Of a DNA stretch of 64,000 nucleotides, positions 62,101 through 64,000 are shown piece after piece. The notes under the pieces are model-generated. The model ran no database searches and was not told where the DNA came from. It worked only from the letters and a program-made list of their open reading frames with translations. Numbering within the stretch: position 1 is the stretch's first letter; every line of letters starts with the position of its first letter. Origin of the DNA: Klebsormidium nitens (taxonomy: Eukaryota > Plantae > Klebsormidiophyceae); assembly GCA_000708835.1 (NCBI GenBank), contig DF237302.1, positions 1 to 64,000 on the forward strand, written 5' to 3'. The translations under genes were made by a program, and so were the position numbers.

Positions 62101-64000
62101 AGGGAGAGGTGCGTATACTTTCTCCTGCTCCATACCGTTCCTTCAGCGACCCTCTCATATCCTGGGGATGACGTCCGACAACATCGAAAACGGATCTTGA
62201 GACATGAGCGTTGGCCGCCTTGTCCAGCGAAAGGCGGGGCGCAGGACCGCGGTCCTCCGCACAGTTTCTTTTACCTCTTGTGGTTTCTCTAGATTTCTGT
62301 GGAAGGCAGTATCAGTCTCCCACCGATGGCAGTCCGGGTGGAGGAACGCCTCGTTCAGGAGACAACAACGCAGAGGGCGGTTCCGCTCTTCTTCGATTCG
62401 ATCTTCCGTCCCTTTTGTCGGACGTTACGTTAGACCGGATCCTGCATGGTGACGTCAGAGCGGATATGATCAGCCGCCTGGTCCAGGAGACCGCGAGCGT
62501 GTAGTCTTGCAGTCCTGCCGGGGATCCGCTCCCTTTCGTTTCCTGCTTTTGTAATCCCATTGGGCTGCGCTGACGTCACGTTATCATACAGTCATCCCGC
62601 AGGTTGACGTCCGAGCAGAGGAGATCAGCCGCCGGTCGAGGAAACCGCGAGCTCGCAGTCTTTCAGTCCTGCCTATTTTCTGCCCCAGCCTTATTCTCTG
62701 CTCACGCTTATTTTGGACTGTGCTGACGTCATGCGATCATCCGGTGATCCTGCAGGTTGACGTCCGAGCGGAAGAGATCAGCCGGCTGTTCCAGGAGACG
62801 GCGAGCGCACACCCTTGCAACTCTGCCCAGAATCTGCTCCCCTCTGCTTTTTGCTCCGTTATTCCCTCCGCACGGAGGTCACATAAGCAGCCAACAATTC
62901 CGAAGGTAGACGTCCGAGAGAGAGAAAGTCAGCCCCCTGGTCCAGGGGACAGCGAGGCCTTATTCCTGCGTGCAACTTCGTTCAGCATTACTCACGTGCT
63001 TACATGCCCTCTCGCTTATCGCGCAGGTTGACGACCAAGCAGTGGCATCCGGCGGCTGGTCCCATTGCTTTATGCTTACATGACTTTCGTGCGTCCGCTG
63101 AATCTCCCTCAAACACCTCGCAGGTTGACGTCCGCGCCGAAGAGATCAGTCGGCTGGTCCAGGAGACGGCGAGCGCACAGGGCCACGTGGCCGACTTGCG
63201 CATGCAGCTGGACACCGCGGAGCATCGGCTGGCCACGGCGACCGCCCGGGCGACACAAGCGGAGGAGGAGGTACGAACATTGTATTGTGGTCGCCCTTTA
63301 CGGTGTCGATTCAGACTCTGCCTGTGTCAGCAAGGGTCACTTCGTACGCTTCCTTTCCGGCGTTGACGATTTTGTGTGGGGGCCTACTTTCAAATTGGGT
63401 TGCAACCACTAAAGGCTTCTAGTGGAGCTCGTGTACGTCAGACGGAGCTCGTGTACGTCAGGACGTCCGCTGTCCTTCTCAACATGAGGCGGGCTAGCTC
63501 TTCTACACGCGGTCTGAACATCTGGACGTCTCTTGCATGCTCCTGGCAGACGCTTTTAAGATTTAGTGACCACTGTGCTCCACTTCAGGTGACCCGCACT
63601 CAGGAGCACCTGAGGCGGCAGACCGACGCAAACGGTGCCCTGCAAGAAGAGTGCGACATCAAGGTGCGATCGCCCGAACTTCCTTTGGCAAGTGCTTTGA
63701 TAGGCTCTTATCGGAGATGTCGAAGTTCCTGTTGACCGCAAAGGTTGTTCTTGTGGTGACCAGGTATTTGCATGTTAGGCCAGTGCCCACAGCCAGCGTG
63801 AAGCGTTCGTGAGGGAATCTTGTGGATGTCCCCCAGCGCGTTCCCGAACTCCTTTCTTGGGCCCGTTTAGTTGCTCATATTAATATTATTGCTCATTACG
63901 CTCAGTTGCTTCTCAAAGTGGTGGAGGAGCTGTCAAATGCTCAAGGAAAGCAGAGAAGACAAGGGTCTCGTTTGGATAACAAAGTAGGCACATTACAAAG
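53141..64000 (+). CDS. CEP135: CEP135/BLD10-like centriolar coiled-coil protein, truncated by the window end
   Basis: The N-terminus matches the CEP135 pattern (LKRKLEALNY, SAPLTKRLLDDVVHTTE, ENGRLLKENNELHL, LRFWKTQ, LEKEKD). Later blocks REEEVQRLTRLLEGGR and LDRDRDHMQGEVD also fit. Exons include 53141-53603, 53860-53892, 54104-54182, 54703-54796, 55021-55105, 55503-55591, 55871-55975, 56374-56660, 57288-58464, about 59012-59096, about 59438-59522, about 59819-59913, 60189-60247, 60549-60673, 61203-61284, 61932-62108, 63124-63270, 63589-63663. Confidence 0.85.
62200..63180 (+). repeat. Tandem array of degenerate copies of a CEP135 3' splice site plus exon start
   Basis: Copies of cag|gttgacgtccg..gaagagatcagccggctggtccaggagac at about 62441, 62598, 62751, 62901 and 63021, ahead of the true exon at 63124. 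Weaker copies lie at about 62205 and 62335. Confidence 0.85.

Overview
This is eukaryotic, intron-rich nuclear DNA with GT-AG introns and about 50-55% GC by eye. It is not prokaryotic, and most ORFs in the supplied track are exon fragments or antisense shadows. The gene content points to a green alga on the streptophyte side, for example a Klebsormidium-like charophyte (inference): a plant-type RBL rhomboid, an APRF1/WDR82-like WD40 protein, centriolar CEP135/BLD10 and Rab21. Four housekeeping genes could be rebuilt by hand as complete, phase-consistent spliced CDSs: WDR82/Swd2 (6609-10789 +), a rhomboid protease (17996-22440 -), a DUF2415-type WD40 protein (23783-28626 -) and Rab21 (45172-52497 -). 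CEP135 (53141 to the window end, +) could be followed through 18 phase-consistent exons to 63663. The accessory content is more unusual. (1) A minus-strand gene (531-5164) joins a canonical Fic domain, through phase-consistent exons encoding an acidic SDSDT-repeat linker, to a RING-type exon, and has a duplicated stop-containing exon that would give a RING-less form. (2) Three tandem paralogs of an unrecognised 7-exon gene (29.1-42.7 kb) share a conserved upstream element; one is intact and two were broken independently. (3) Short tandem duplications centred on splice sites recur in three unrelated genes, including an array of at least 5 decoy acceptors in CEP135. (4) The 4,980-bp Rab21 intron carries twin promoter-like modules and a perfect 15-bp hairpin. 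There are also decayed LRR and Cys-rich genes. No rRNA, tRNA or CRISPR array was seen. All alignments and translations were done by eye; no database search was run.
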